The position numbers and the translations under genes were made by a program. From an uncultured Gemmatimonadaceae bacterium (GTDB taxonomy: Bacteria; Gemmatimonadota; Gemmatimonadetes; Gemmatimonadales; Gemmatimonadaceae), in the NCBI GenBank assembly GCA_963716745.1, contig OY970320.1, forward strand, positions 960,001 to 1,024,000: a stretch of DNA of 64,000 nt, read 5' to 3'. Of the stretch, positions 51,601 to 60,311 are shown piece by piece (position 1 is the first letter of the stretch; the number at the start of each line of letters is the position of its first letter). The notes below the pieces were generated by a model. It was not told the DNA's origin. It saw nothing but the letters and a program-made list of their open reading frames with translations, and made no database searches.

Positions 51601-51705
51601 AAAAGGCGCGCCCGAGCGCCGCGTGTGCGGCGTTCATGCGCGCCTTCGACTGGCAGACCGACTGCGCTGCCCGACAAGGCGACCCGGCCACCGACCCCCG
51701 GGCCT
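51601..51705 (-). promoter_or_regulatory. Leader attenuator motif, copy 1 (upstream of csbD)
   Basis: CCTTGTCGG-GCAG..CTGC-CAGTCGAAGGCGCGC...GCGCGCCTTTT on the minus strand. Confidence 0.8.
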
Positions 51706-51760
51706 CCGACTGCTGTGACCTTCCTTGTACCCTACGCACCTTTGCCCGGTTCCGTTGTGC

Positions 51761-52867
51761 TCACGAACTCAACAACACCGCCACCGGCTTCAGCCGGTCG
51801 ACATGGTCGCAGATCACCTTGATCATCACCGTGAGCGGCACCGCGATGATCGCCCCGGCCACGCCCCACACCCACGCCCACAGGATGAGACTGATGAATA
51901 GCGCCACCTTGTTGAGCGGCAATCCGCGCCCGAGTACCAGCGGCGTAACGATGTTCCCGGTGAGACTGTGCACGGTGAAGAAGGCGGCGCACACGATGAG
52001 CGTCTTCTCGATCCCGTCGAACGTGAGCAGGCACGCAGCACCGATGAACACCATGCTGATGATCGTACCGACGTACGGAATGAAATTCAGCACGGCGGCC
52101 AACGCGCCCCACAATGCGCCGTTGGGCAGGCCGGCCCATGCGAGCAGCCCCCATGTGAGCAGCCCCAATGCGACGCTGATCAGCGTCGTCAGCCCGAGAT
52201 ACCGAGCGGTCTGATGCTCGATCTCCGCCACCGCTTTCATGATCCGTTCCTGATCCTCGCGCTCGGCGAGCAGTCCGGTCACCTTGCGCTTGAACAGTTG
52301 GTCGGTGGAGGCGAGGAAGTATGTGAGGAACATCACGGTAATGAATCCCGCGAAGAAATCCATCGTGCCGCTCGTGAAGCGCGAGACCATGGCCGGCTCC
52401 TGCACGGCGACCTTCACCGCCGCTCCGGAGGAGGTATTCGCGGCGCGTTGGACCTGCTCCGCCGTCTGCTCGATGGTGGTGATCGGCCGCACCAGCTTCC
52501 GGATCTTCTGCTCGAGCTCGGGGATCGTCTCAGGCGCGCGCGTGAGCCATACCGTGGCCGGGCGGGCGAGCAGCACGCCGGCGGCCGTGAGCAGCGTGGC
52601 GCTGCCGAAGACCACGACGGCCGCGCCGATGGCGCTGGGCACGCCGAACTTCCTGAGCCCACGGATCGCCGGACCGAACAGCAAGCCGAGGAGCACGGAG
52701 ATCGTGATGGGCACCAGCACCGCGGACGCCCAGCGCATTGCCGCCAGCGCGATAATGACGAGGATCGCCACCTGCGGCGCGTTGCCGCGCATCAGCCTCA
52801 CGATCGGAGCGCGCGACCGGCGCGCGCCTTCGCGTGGGACATTGACGACACGCGGGAGAGCAGTCAC
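51761..52867 (-). CDS. AI-2E family transporter
   Basis: LNFIPYVG, GNIVTPLVLG, WAWVWGVAGAIIAVP. Confidence 0.9.
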   Translation of the reverse strand: MTALPRVVNVPREGARRSRAPIVRLMRGNAPQVAILVIIALAAMRWASAVLVPITISVLLGLLFGPAIRGLRKFGVPSAIGAAVVVFGSATLLTAAGVLLARPATVWLTRAPETIPELEQKIRKLVRPITTIEQTAEQVQRAANTSSGAAVKVAVQEPAMVSRFTSGTMDFFAGFITVMFLTYFLASTDQLFKRKVTGLLAEREDQERIMKAVAEIEHQTARYLGLTTLISVALGLLTWGLLAWAGLPNGALWGALAAVLNFIPYVGTIISMVFIGAACLLTFDGIEKTLIVCAAFFTVHSLTGNIVTPLVLGRGLPLNKVALFISLILWAWVWGVAGAIIAVPLTVMIKVICDHVDRLKPVAVLLSS

Positions 52868-53133
52868 GCCACGGCCCGCTCGCGTGCGATCCGCGCCGCG
52901 CGCGACGCGCGCATGCGGCGCAGGACTTCCCGTGCGCGGCGCACATGCCTCGCGCGTTCGATCACCGCGTTCATCACCAGCGCCAACACGAGACCGACGC
53001 CCACCAGCGCCATGATCCCGTACAGCATTGCACGCCCGCTGCCGACCGGCGCCGAGTGGATGCGCGAAAAGCCGAGCGACGCCGCGGTGCCGCCCTGGAG
53101 CAGCAAGAAGATCGTAGACGGACGCATAATCAC
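52864..53133 (-). CDS. Small membrane protein
   Basis: One or two TM segments; translationally coupled to both neighbours. Confidence 0.55.
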   Translation of the reverse strand: MIMRPSTIFLLLQGGTAASLGFSRIHSAPVGSGRAMLYGIMALVGVGLVLALVMNAVIERARHVRRAREVLRRMRASRAARIARERAVA

Positions 53134-53321
53134 CTCACCCGTTGATTGGCGGCCTTGTTCACCCAGAGCGGCAGACCGGCGGGCAGCGCCTGCGCCGCCG
53201 CGATCAACAACCGCCGCACTTCGGACGCTGGATTCTTGGTCTCGCGCCGGCGCGCTGGGACGCGCCGGGATTCCAACACACGCTCAAGTACCGCGATCTC
53301 GGACTCCTGCTCATGGCTCAT
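53130..53321 (-). CDS. Small hypothetical protein
   Basis: aaggag RBS before the ATG at 53321; stop overlaps the next start. Confidence 0.5.
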   Translation of the reverse strand: MSHEQESEIAVLERVLESRRVPARRRETKNPASEVRRLLIAAAQALPAGLPLWVNKAANQRVR

Positions 53322-53348
53322 CGGTCGTCTCCTTAATCTCGATCGCCG

Positions 53349-53456
53349 AAAAACGAAGGCGCGTTGGCCGCCTCCGAGGAGAGCGACCAACGCGCCTTCG
53401 ACTGACGAAGCCTGCGCTTCGTCCGACAAGGGAGGCCGGCCGTTGCACCGGCCCTC
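53349..53456 (-). promoter_or_regulatory. Leader attenuator motif, copy 2 (upstream of the AI-2E operon)
   Basis: CCTTGTCGG-ACGAAGC..GCTTCGT-CAGTCGAAGGCGCGTTGG...CCAACGCGCCTTCGTTTTT. Confidence 0.8.
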
Positions 53457-53496
53457 GCGTCATTATGACTGCACCGCCCCGAAGGGCCGAAATTTT

Positions 53497-53646
53497 CTAC
53501 CGCGACTTCTTCGTGCGCTTGCGGTTCGATTTTCCCGCCTTCTGCAGCGCGATCGCTACCGCCTGCTTCTGGGGCTTTCCCTCATGCATCTCGGTCTTGA
53601 TGTTCTCCGAGACCGTCTCGCGCGAGGATCCTTTCTTGAGCGGCAT
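53497..53646 (-). CDS. 49-aa basic small protein (absent from the ORF track)
   Basis: Translated by hand: [49 protein letters not shown]; gggagggag RBS. Confidence 0.8.
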   Translation of the reverse strand: MPLKKGSSRETVSENIKTEMHEGKPQKQAVAIALQKAGKSNRKRTKKSR

Positions 53647-53671
53647 GGCTCCCTCCCGTCTCATATCCCAT

Positions 53672-53770
53672 AAAAAAGAAAAGGCGCGTGAGATCGGTGT
53701 GGCTGATCTCTTCGCGCCTTCGACTCGCGAGTCGCTTCACTCGCCCGCCAAGGTGGCCGCTCACGCGGCC
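53672..53770 (-). promoter_or_regulatory. Leader attenuator motif, copy 3 (upstream of the 49-aa ORF)
   Basis: CCTTGGCGG-GCGAGT..ACTCGC-GAGTCGAAGGCGCG...CGCGCCTTTTCTTTTTT; TATAAT on the minus strand at 53794-53799. Confidence 0.82.
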
Positions 53771-53880
53771 TATGTCGCCCTGCTGGTTGTGAAATTATAC
53801 AGACCCATGAATCGCGCAAGAGGTCCAACACAAGAATTTTTCTAATGTGATGCTCCGCACACACGCTCTTATAATATGGA

Positions 53881-54612
53881 TTAAACGTGCTCCAGCAGCA
53901 GTTCCAGTTTGTGCCGCAGATCGCCGAGTGCCTTGGACTTGAACGCCCCCTTCGTCTCCTCGAGCACGGCCACCGTTTCCTTCACCGCGATCTGGAATTG
54001 CGCGCCACGCGGGCAGTTCATGAGCTGACACGGGTGCTGCTCAACCGATTGGTTCGTGAGCGCCTTGCCCAGCTGCTCGAGATCGGTGAGCGAACCCATC
54101 ACATTGCGCAGTGTGAGCGTGAGGAAGAGGTCCACCGGCACCTGGCCATCCGCGCCGCCCATCTTCGAGATGTGCTGGAACTCGTCGCGCCAGCCGCTCA
54201 GCCGCTCCTCGGTCTGGCGCATGGCCTGGAACGACCTAAAGCGCTTCACCGCGCGCGCCACCCGCTCGAGCAATTCGGGGAACGCGACGGGCTTCGTGAG
54301 ATAGGCCACCACGGGCAGGTCGATCGATGCGATCGCGCTGCGGACGGACGGGAATCCCGTCAGGATGATCACCGGCAATCCCCCGCTCTGCTCCGCGATC
54401 TTGCGCACCAGTTGGAGATCGGAGTTGCCGGGCATCTCGAGATCGGTGATCAGAAGGTCGAACGATTCGCTCGCCGCGGCCTTGAGCGCCGCGTCACCAT
54501 CCTGAACAGTGGTGCATTCGTATCCTTCCGCGCGCAACAGATCCGCGGTCGCGCTCAGGAAGGTCGGTTCGTCGTCCGCCAACAGGATCCTGCCGAGTGA
54601 CTTCCCGTTCAT
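53881..54612 (-). CDS. Response regulator with an unrecognised helical C-terminal output domain
   Basis: REC motifs LADDE, LITDLEMPG, ILTG, YLTKP; C-terminus CQLMNC...VLEETKGAFKSKALGDLRHKLE has no obvious HTH. Confidence 0.9.
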   Translation of the reverse strand: MNGKSLGRILLADDEPTFLSATADLLRAEGYECTTVQDGDAALKAAASESFDLLITDLEMPGNSDLQLVRKIAEQSGGLPVIILTGFPSVRSAIASIDLPVVAYLTKPVAFPELLERVARAVKRFRSFQAMRQTEERLSGWRDEFQHISKMGGADGQVPVDLFLTLTLRNVMGSLTDLEQLGKALTNQSVEQHPCQLMNCPRGAQFQIAVKETVAVLEETKGAFKSKALGDLRHKLELLLEHV

Positions 54613-57504
54613 GCCGTGTCCTCCTTCGTTGCGTGCAATGGTAGCGTGACGACGAACTCGCACCCTTCGCCGTCCACATCGTGTACGCCGATGGTGCCGC
54701 CGGCGGCCGTCACGGTGCGGCGCACGAGCGCGAGCCCGAGCCCCATGCCCCCGGTGCGCAGCCGCCCGCTCTTCGTGCTATAGAAGGGCTCGAAGATCCG
54801 TTCGCGCGACTCAGGCGGAATGCCCGCGCCGTGATCGCGCACGCGCAATTCGAAATGTCCGTTGTTCGCAATGGTGCGCACGGTCACGGTGCCGCCGCTT
54901 GGCGACGCCTCGATCGCGTTCTGCACCAGGTTGTAGGCGATCTGCCGGAGCAGCGCGCCGGGCAGCGGCAGGATGAGCGGCCCGCGACCGAGTTCCACCA
55001 CCACATGCACGCCGGTCGCGCGGTTCACCTGCTCGAGGAACGACACGCGCGTCGCCGATCACGGTCGCGATCGCCGCGCCGGCCTGCGAGTCGTGCTCCG
55101 GCCGGTACGTCTCGTAGAGTTGACGCGTCACCGCCGCGATGCGCGCCACCTCGCGCTCGATCGCGCCAACGTACTTGTAGTGCGGATGCGTCGCGGGGAT
55201 CGCGCCCTTGATGAGCAAGAACGAATTCTGGATGCCGGCCAGCGGATTGTTGATCTCGTGCGCCACCTGCGCGGCGACGCGCCCCATGGTGGTGAGCGTC
55301 TCCACCTCGCGCAGCGTCGCCTCGGCGCGCCGTCGTGCCGTGAGATCGCGCGCCTCCAAGAGCAGCTGCGTGTGTTCCTCGCTCTCGCCCGTGAGCGCCT
55401 TCACCGCGATCTCGATATGCGTCGCCTCGCCTGCCGGACCGCTGAATTCCTCCTCATACCGGCGCGTGAGCCCGCGTGCCGCCGCCGCGGTGGCGGAGCG
55501 CAGCCGCTCCTGCGCCTCGGGATTCCCGTGCCACCAGAGCGTGTTCCATGCGAGCTTGCCCCGCACGTCGTCGGCCGCGACGCCGAAGTCGTCCAGCGCG
55601 TGTTGATTGATCTCCACCACCAGGCCGCCGCGATCGAGCAGCAATTGGAATTGGAAGCCGCTGTCGAATACTTCGCGGAAGCGCTGCTCGGCGGCCTCGC
55701 GCGCCTGCGTGGCCGAGCGCGCGACCGTGACGTCGGCCTTGATGCCGACCATGCGCGCGGGATGGCCGCTGGCCGTGCGGTCCACCACGCGGCCGCGGTC
55801 CACGATCTGATGCCATTTGCCATCGCGCGCGAGCACGCGGTATTCGGCCTCGTAGCTGGGCCGCGCACCGCTGAGATGCTCCTCGATCTCACGGGCGAGG
55901 CGCGGCTGATCCTCGGGATGCACGAGCGCGATCCACGCGTCGCGGATCGGCGGCACCGATTCCGGATCGTATCCCAGGTAGCGCCAGATGCCCGGACTGT
56001 GCACCGATCCGCCGGTGAGCAGATCCCACTCCCAGATCCCGTCGGTCGTGCGCTCCAGCGCAGCGGTGATGCGCGAACGTTCGAGGTCGCGCACGCTCCG
56101 GAGCGAGCGCTGCGCGAAGCGCACGCTCACCGGCACCAGCCCGCTCACCGCGAATCCCATGAGCAGCACCAGCAGCGGCAGACTCGACCGCACGCCATCG
56201 ACGGTATCCTGCGTGGGCCATGCCGCGAGCGTGGCGTGCACCGCCCCGAGATCCAGACCAAGCCACTGTATCCACTGCCGCGTCGCGTCCGAATCGGCGG
56301 TGGGGCCGGCAAGGCGGCCAGCGCGGCCAATGATCGCGTAGTGGAATCCTCGCGAGGTATCGGGTATCACATCGCGGAAGAGCCGCGCGGTGCGCATTAC
56401 CGCGACCATCGTGCCGCTGCAGACATTGATCGCGCACGCCGGCGCGAGGATCACGAATCGCTTCGTCGCCGAGTCGAGCGGCAGGAAGGCGATGCTGTCG
56501 GGCAGCCTGGCATTGCGATTCACGTACGCGAGGGTCACCGAGTCCGCCCCCACGCCCGCGAGCGATGGCGAGGTGACCGTATCGATCACGCCGAGCGATG
56601 AGATCCAGCCGGCGGCCTCGAGACCGGGCACGTCGCGTTGCAGCGCTGCGATATCGCGGCGCTGCTGGTCGAACGACGCGCCGGACGCGCGCCACTCGCT
56701 CGCGCGATGGAGCGAGTGCGCCGTGACCACCGCCTCGCGCACGAGCACGCGCCGCCGCTCTTCGCCCGCTTGGCGCGTGAGCGCCACGACCTGATCGTTC
56801 TCGCGCGATGCGAGACCGCGCCAGAGCACGATGACCGTGACGACGCCCGCGATGCCGAGCGCCGTGGGCAGCCAGGTGGCGGAATCTCCGGAGAGCAGGC
56901 CGCGTGACCAGACGAGCGCGACATAGCAACTCCCGATCAGGAAGCCCGCGATCAAGACCTGGAGCGACGGGCCGGCGCCGAGCATGTCGATCGTGGTGTG
57001 CGTGATGCCGGTCGCGCGCGCGATGAGGAGCGTCGCCGCCACGGCGAGCAGCACGAACCCGGCGATGCCGACCGATGCATCTTCCGGTAGCAGCCGTCGA
57101 CGCGCCGAGACGACGGCCAGCGGCGTCGCGGCGGCGAGCACCAGTACCGCCGAGGCGAGCGCCATTGCGTCATGCGAGATCGTGGTGGGCGCGACCTGCG
57201 CGAGGAGACTCAGCACCGCGGTCAACTCCGCCATCAGCGCGGCTAGGAATGCGGAACGGTACCGCTGCTGAAGGAATTGCCAGAGCGCGAAGCCGATCGC
57301 GACCAGCGCGATCGATGCGAGCAACGGAAGGCGCGGCCAACCGGCCAAGGGCTGCGCGAGCCGTGAGAGCCCCGGCAATTCGCCCAGCATGCCGGCGATG
57401 CCCATGAGGCCGCTGACCACGGCATACACGTAGCCCGACCGGTACGCCGCGAGGGCGAGCGGTGACGTGAGTTCGGTTCGACGCGGTGAGTCCGATTCCG
57501 TCAT
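54609..57504 (-). CDS. Membrane-bound PAS/PAS sensor histidine kinase (frameshift ~55048)
   Basis: TM helices, PAS (DGIWEWD..VHPED), AHEINNPL, NLVQNA, DHGAGIP, FEPFYSTK, GMGLGL. Confidence 0.9.
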
Positions 57505-57521
57505 TGCGCAGGGTATAGATG

Positions 57522-57604
57522 AACGAAAAGGCACGAACGCCGCGCAACGCTCGCGCGGAGATCCGTGCCTTCGGCTTTCGGAGCTCGCCTCCGCCCGCCA
57601 AGAC
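57522..57604 (-). promoter_or_regulatory. Leader attenuator motif, copy 4 (upstream of the histidine kinase)
   Basis: TCTTGGCGG-GCGGAG..CTCCGA-AAGCCGAAGGCACG...CGTGCCTTTTCGTT. Confidence 0.75.
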
Positions 57605-57728
57605 TTATTGCCATGTGCGATCCCTACAATAGTAAGGTATAGCGCCGAGTTTTCATGTGCGCAAGAGTCCGCGAATGCGGGGCTTGCGCCGTGGAACAAG
57701 CGGGCCTACGTTGGGTTTCAAGACACGC

Positions 57729-57829
57729 AGCCCCGCGGTTCGGGGCTCCTTGGCGGACGAGTGAAGCTGGCTCGTGAGTCGAAGGCGCGAACGGGATCGG
57801 TTCACCGATCTCCCGCGCCTTTTTTATTT
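57729..57829 (+). promoter_or_regulatory. Leader attenuator motif, copy 5
   Basis: CCTTGGCGG-ACGAG..CTCGT-GAGTCGAAGGCGCG...CGCGCCTTTTTTATTT. Confidence 0.82.
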
Positions 57830-57867
57830 CCGGTGGCTTCGGCCGCCTGATGGTATAGATGACGAAC

Positions 57868-57978
57868 GGACCGGCGATGCGGCCGGTCCCCTTAGCGGGC
57901 GAAGCAGCGGCTTCGTCAGTCGAAGGCGTGTTGGCGGTTCCCGATCCCAGGGAACCGCCGGCACGCCTTCAGTGCTTT
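57868..57978 (+). promoter_or_regulatory. Leader attenuator motif, copy 6 (upstream of the DUF1328 operon)
   Basis: CCTTAGCGG-GCGAAGC..GCTTCGT-CAGTCGAAGGCGTG...CACGCCTTCAGTGCTTT. Confidence 0.8.
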
Positions 57979-58023
57979 CCGGCAGCCGCACGCCGGTCAA
58001 TCGAATTCTTCAGGAGGTGTGCC

Positions 58024-58203
58024 ATGTTGCGTTGGGCCCTCGGGTTCCTGGTGCTGGCGTTGATCGCCGCCTTCTTCGGCTTCGGTGGCATCGCCGCCGC
58101 GTCCGCCGGCATCGCGAAGACGTTGTTCTTCCTGTTCCTGCTCATCTTCGCCGTCACGCTCATCCTGGGGCTGATGGCGGGAAGAAAAGTCACCGATCTC
58201 TGA
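58024..58203 (+). CDS. DUF1328 (UPF0391/YtjA) small membrane protein
   Basis: MLRWALGFLVLALIAAFFGFGGIAAASAGIAKTLF; aggagg RBS. Confidence 0.92.
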   Translation: MLRWALGFLVLALIAAFFGFGGIAAASAGIAKTLFFLFLLIFAVTLILGLMAGRKVTDL

Positions 58204-58268
58204 CGGCGTTCCACGAACCCGCCGCGCGGACGACCATCCGCGTGGCGGGCCTCTTACCTGAGTGATCC

Positions 58269-58712
58269 ATGCCAGAGGCCAAAGCGACGAACGGCTCGAC
58301 GCACGCCGGCTTCTCCGCCGGATTCCGCGCATTCGCGGAACGCACCGAGACCGTGCTCGGTTCGCCATGGGCCTTCGGCGCGGCACTCGGCGCCGTTTTG
58401 CTCTGGGCGGCCCTCGGGCCGCGCTATCACTACTCGGAGACGTGGCAGATCGTGATCAACACCGGGACGACCATCGTCACCTTCCTAATGGTCTTCCTCC
58501 TGCAGAACACGCAAATGCGCAGCTCCACAGCGCTGCACCTGAAGATCGACGAACTATTGCGCGCGGTGGGCGATGCGCGCACCGGACTCGTCGGATTGGA
58601 GAACAAGCCGGACGAAACGCTCGAGCGCGTCGCCCATGAGTTCGATCAGATCGCCAAGTCGCAAACGGACGTCGTCATTCCAGCCCCATCTACCCGAACA
58701 CAGGGAGCATGA
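58269..58712 (+). CDS. Low-affinity iron permease (Fet4-like) family protein
   Basis: YSETWQIVINTGTTIVTFLMVFLLQNTQ...LHLKIDELL. Confidence 0.9.
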   Translation: MPEAKATNGSTHAGFSAGFRAFAERTETVLGSPWAFGAALGAVLLWAALGPRYHYSETWQIVINTGTTIVTFLMVFLLQNTQMRSSTALHLKIDELLRAVGDARTGLVGLENKPDETLERVAHEFDQIAKSQTDVVIPAPSTRTQGA

Positions 58713-59095
58713 ACATGCCACACACCAGCCCACTCACCGGCGCGATCGACTCGACGCGCGATGCGATCGTGGACACGAAGGACAATCTGGCCGACGCGGC
58801 GTCGCGCGTGCAGGACAAGGTCTCGAGCAAGTTCGACAACGGCCGCACGGCTGCCGCGAACAAGCTCGCGGACGCCGCGGAGAGCCTGCACGAGCGCGTC
58901 AACCGGATCGGCGAGATCGGCCACGACGCCGCCGACAGAGTCGATGCCACCGCGCGCTATCTCAAGAAGCACTCGGCCAAGGAAATGGCGAGCGACCTCG
59001 GAGAGCTTGTGAGAGCCCATCCCGGGAAGTCACTGCTCGTCGCCGCGGCCGCCGGCTTCATCGTCGCGCGCGCGTTCCGGAGCAGCAATGACTGA
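58709..59095 (+). CDS. ElaB/YqjD-like tail-anchored protein
   Basis: Helical hydrophilic body plus VRAHPGKSLLVAAAAGFIVAR. Confidence 0.75.
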   Translation: MNMPHTSPLTGAIDSTRDAIVDTKDNLADAASRVQDKVSSKFDNGRTAAANKLADAAESLHERVNRIGEIGHDAADRVDATARYLKKHSAKEMASDLGELVRAHPGKSLLVAAAAGFIVARAFRSSND

Positions 59096-59474
59096 ACCCG
59101 CCGTCGCGGCCGGCAGCGTGCGCCGCCCCGTTTCCGACATCGTGCGCGACCTCCTGGGCAATCTCGACCGGATGGTGCGGTCCGAGGTGCGCCTCGCCAT
59201 GGAGGAAGCACGTGAGGACATCGGAGCGTCGCGCGCATCGGCGACGATGCTCGTTGCCGGCGCGGCGCTCGGGTATCTCGCGATCGGATTCCTTCTCCTG
59301 GCCGCGTTCCTCGTCATCGAGACCGCGGTCGCCCCGTGGCTCGCGGCATTGCTCGTCGCCGTGGGCGCCGGATCCGCCGCGACCGGCGTGATCCTCACCG
59401 GCCTCGACCGCATCCGATGCGCACGCGCCGCGCGAGCGACGGAATTCGAACCCCGACGGGAGCACACGCTATGA
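59088..59474 (+). CDS. Phage-holin-family-like (YhjD/YqjE type) membrane protein
   Basis: MVRSEVRLAMEE plus two TM helices, PWLAALLV. Confidence 0.75.
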   Translation: MTEPAVAAGSVRRPVSDIVRDLLGNLDRMVRSEVRLAMEEAREDIGASRASATMLVAGAALGYLAIGFLLLAAFLVIETAVAPWLAALLVAVGAGSAATGVILTGLDRIRCARAARATEFEPRREHTL

Positions 59475-59854
59475 CGACGATCACGGGACGATTGCGGCGC
59501 GAGATCGCCGCCGAACAGCACGCGATCGGAGAGCATCTGCATGAACTCGAGACGCGGGTGCGCGACGTGGGTGACTGGCGCGTCCAGGTGGACCGCCGGC
59601 CCCTCGTGATGCTCGGGCTCGCGTTCGGAGGTGGCGCGGCGCTCTCCGCACTCGCGGGGCCGCGGCGGCGCCGCCGCCGGCACAACGGGGCCGCACCACT
59701 CGCGGACGAAGCGCAGCGCGCACCGGCCGAGCCGTCCGCCTCGAGCGAGGCGTGGCGCCGGTTCAAAGGCGCGCTGCTCGCGACGGTCGCCGTGCAGGCC
59801 GCCGAAGTGATCGGCGAAGTGCTGCCCGGATTCCGCGACGAATTCACGTCGTGA
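59471..59854 (+). CDS. Hypothetical protein (DUF3618-like)
   Basis: LRREIAA...HLHELETRV...RPLVMLGLAFGGG; translationally coupled ATGA. Confidence 0.6.
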   Translation: MTTITGRLRREIAAEQHAIGEHLHELETRVRDVGDWRVQVDRRPLVMLGLAFGGGAALSALAGPRRRRRRHNGAAPLADEAQRAPAEPSASSEAWRRFKGALLATVAVQAAEVIGEVLPGFRDEFTS

Positions 59855-59872
59855 CCAGCCCAGGAACGGACC

Positions 59873-60301
59873 ATGCCCAAACGAGCGCACCACAAACGCG
59901 ATATCGCGGTATCGCAGTTGGAGACGGCGCTGCGGTTGCACGATGGGCTGGACGATGACTACGCCGTGATCAACCTCGCGGGGGCCGCGGAGCGCATCCT
60001 TGGCGGTCTCGTGGCCGACCGCAGCGTGTCCGGCCGGTTCCCCGCGCTGAAACGCTCGAAGAGCCGGCTCAAGCGATGGCTCAAGCGCGCGGGGCGGCGC
60101 TCGAGTGGGCGGCGGCGCGCACTCAACGCGGCGCTGCGCGCGGTGCAGGACCACGAACTGGGAGATCCGCAGGAGGTCATGTTCGACGCGCGCGAACACG
60201 CGGCCGAACTCTTGCACCGCGCCATCGTGCATGTGTGGGCGCTGGAGCAACTCGCCTCGCCGAGCATGGTCGCCTTCTCGGCCGCGCGCGCGAGCGGCTG
60301 A
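59873..60301 (+). CDS. Hypothetical protein
   Basis: 142-aa ORF with agga RBS; SQLETALRL..INLAGAAERILG. Confidence 0.55.
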   Translation: MPKRAHHKRDIAVSQLETALRLHDGLDDDYAVINLAGAAERILGGLVADRSVSGRFPALKRSKSRLKRWLKRAGRRSSGRRRALNAALRAVQDHELGDPQEVMFDAREHAAELLHRAIVHVWALEQLASPSMVAFSAARASG

Positions 60302-60311
60302 CCGCGCGGCG

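Noticed and set aside
57693..57712. EcfG-type promoter GGAAC...CGTT
   Set aside because: The spacer is 11 nt rather than the expected 16-17.
51601..57978. Canonical ANTAR twin-hairpin target or simple REP repeats
   Set aside because: The conserved part is an internal loop rather than two hexaloop hairpins. Copies are strand-specific, sit 5' of genes and are confined to the island in this window, unlike the palindromic repeats.
59088..59474. Prophage, based on the holin-like gene
   Set aside because: This family is common in stress clusters next to YqjD-like genes, and no phage structural or integrase genes are present.
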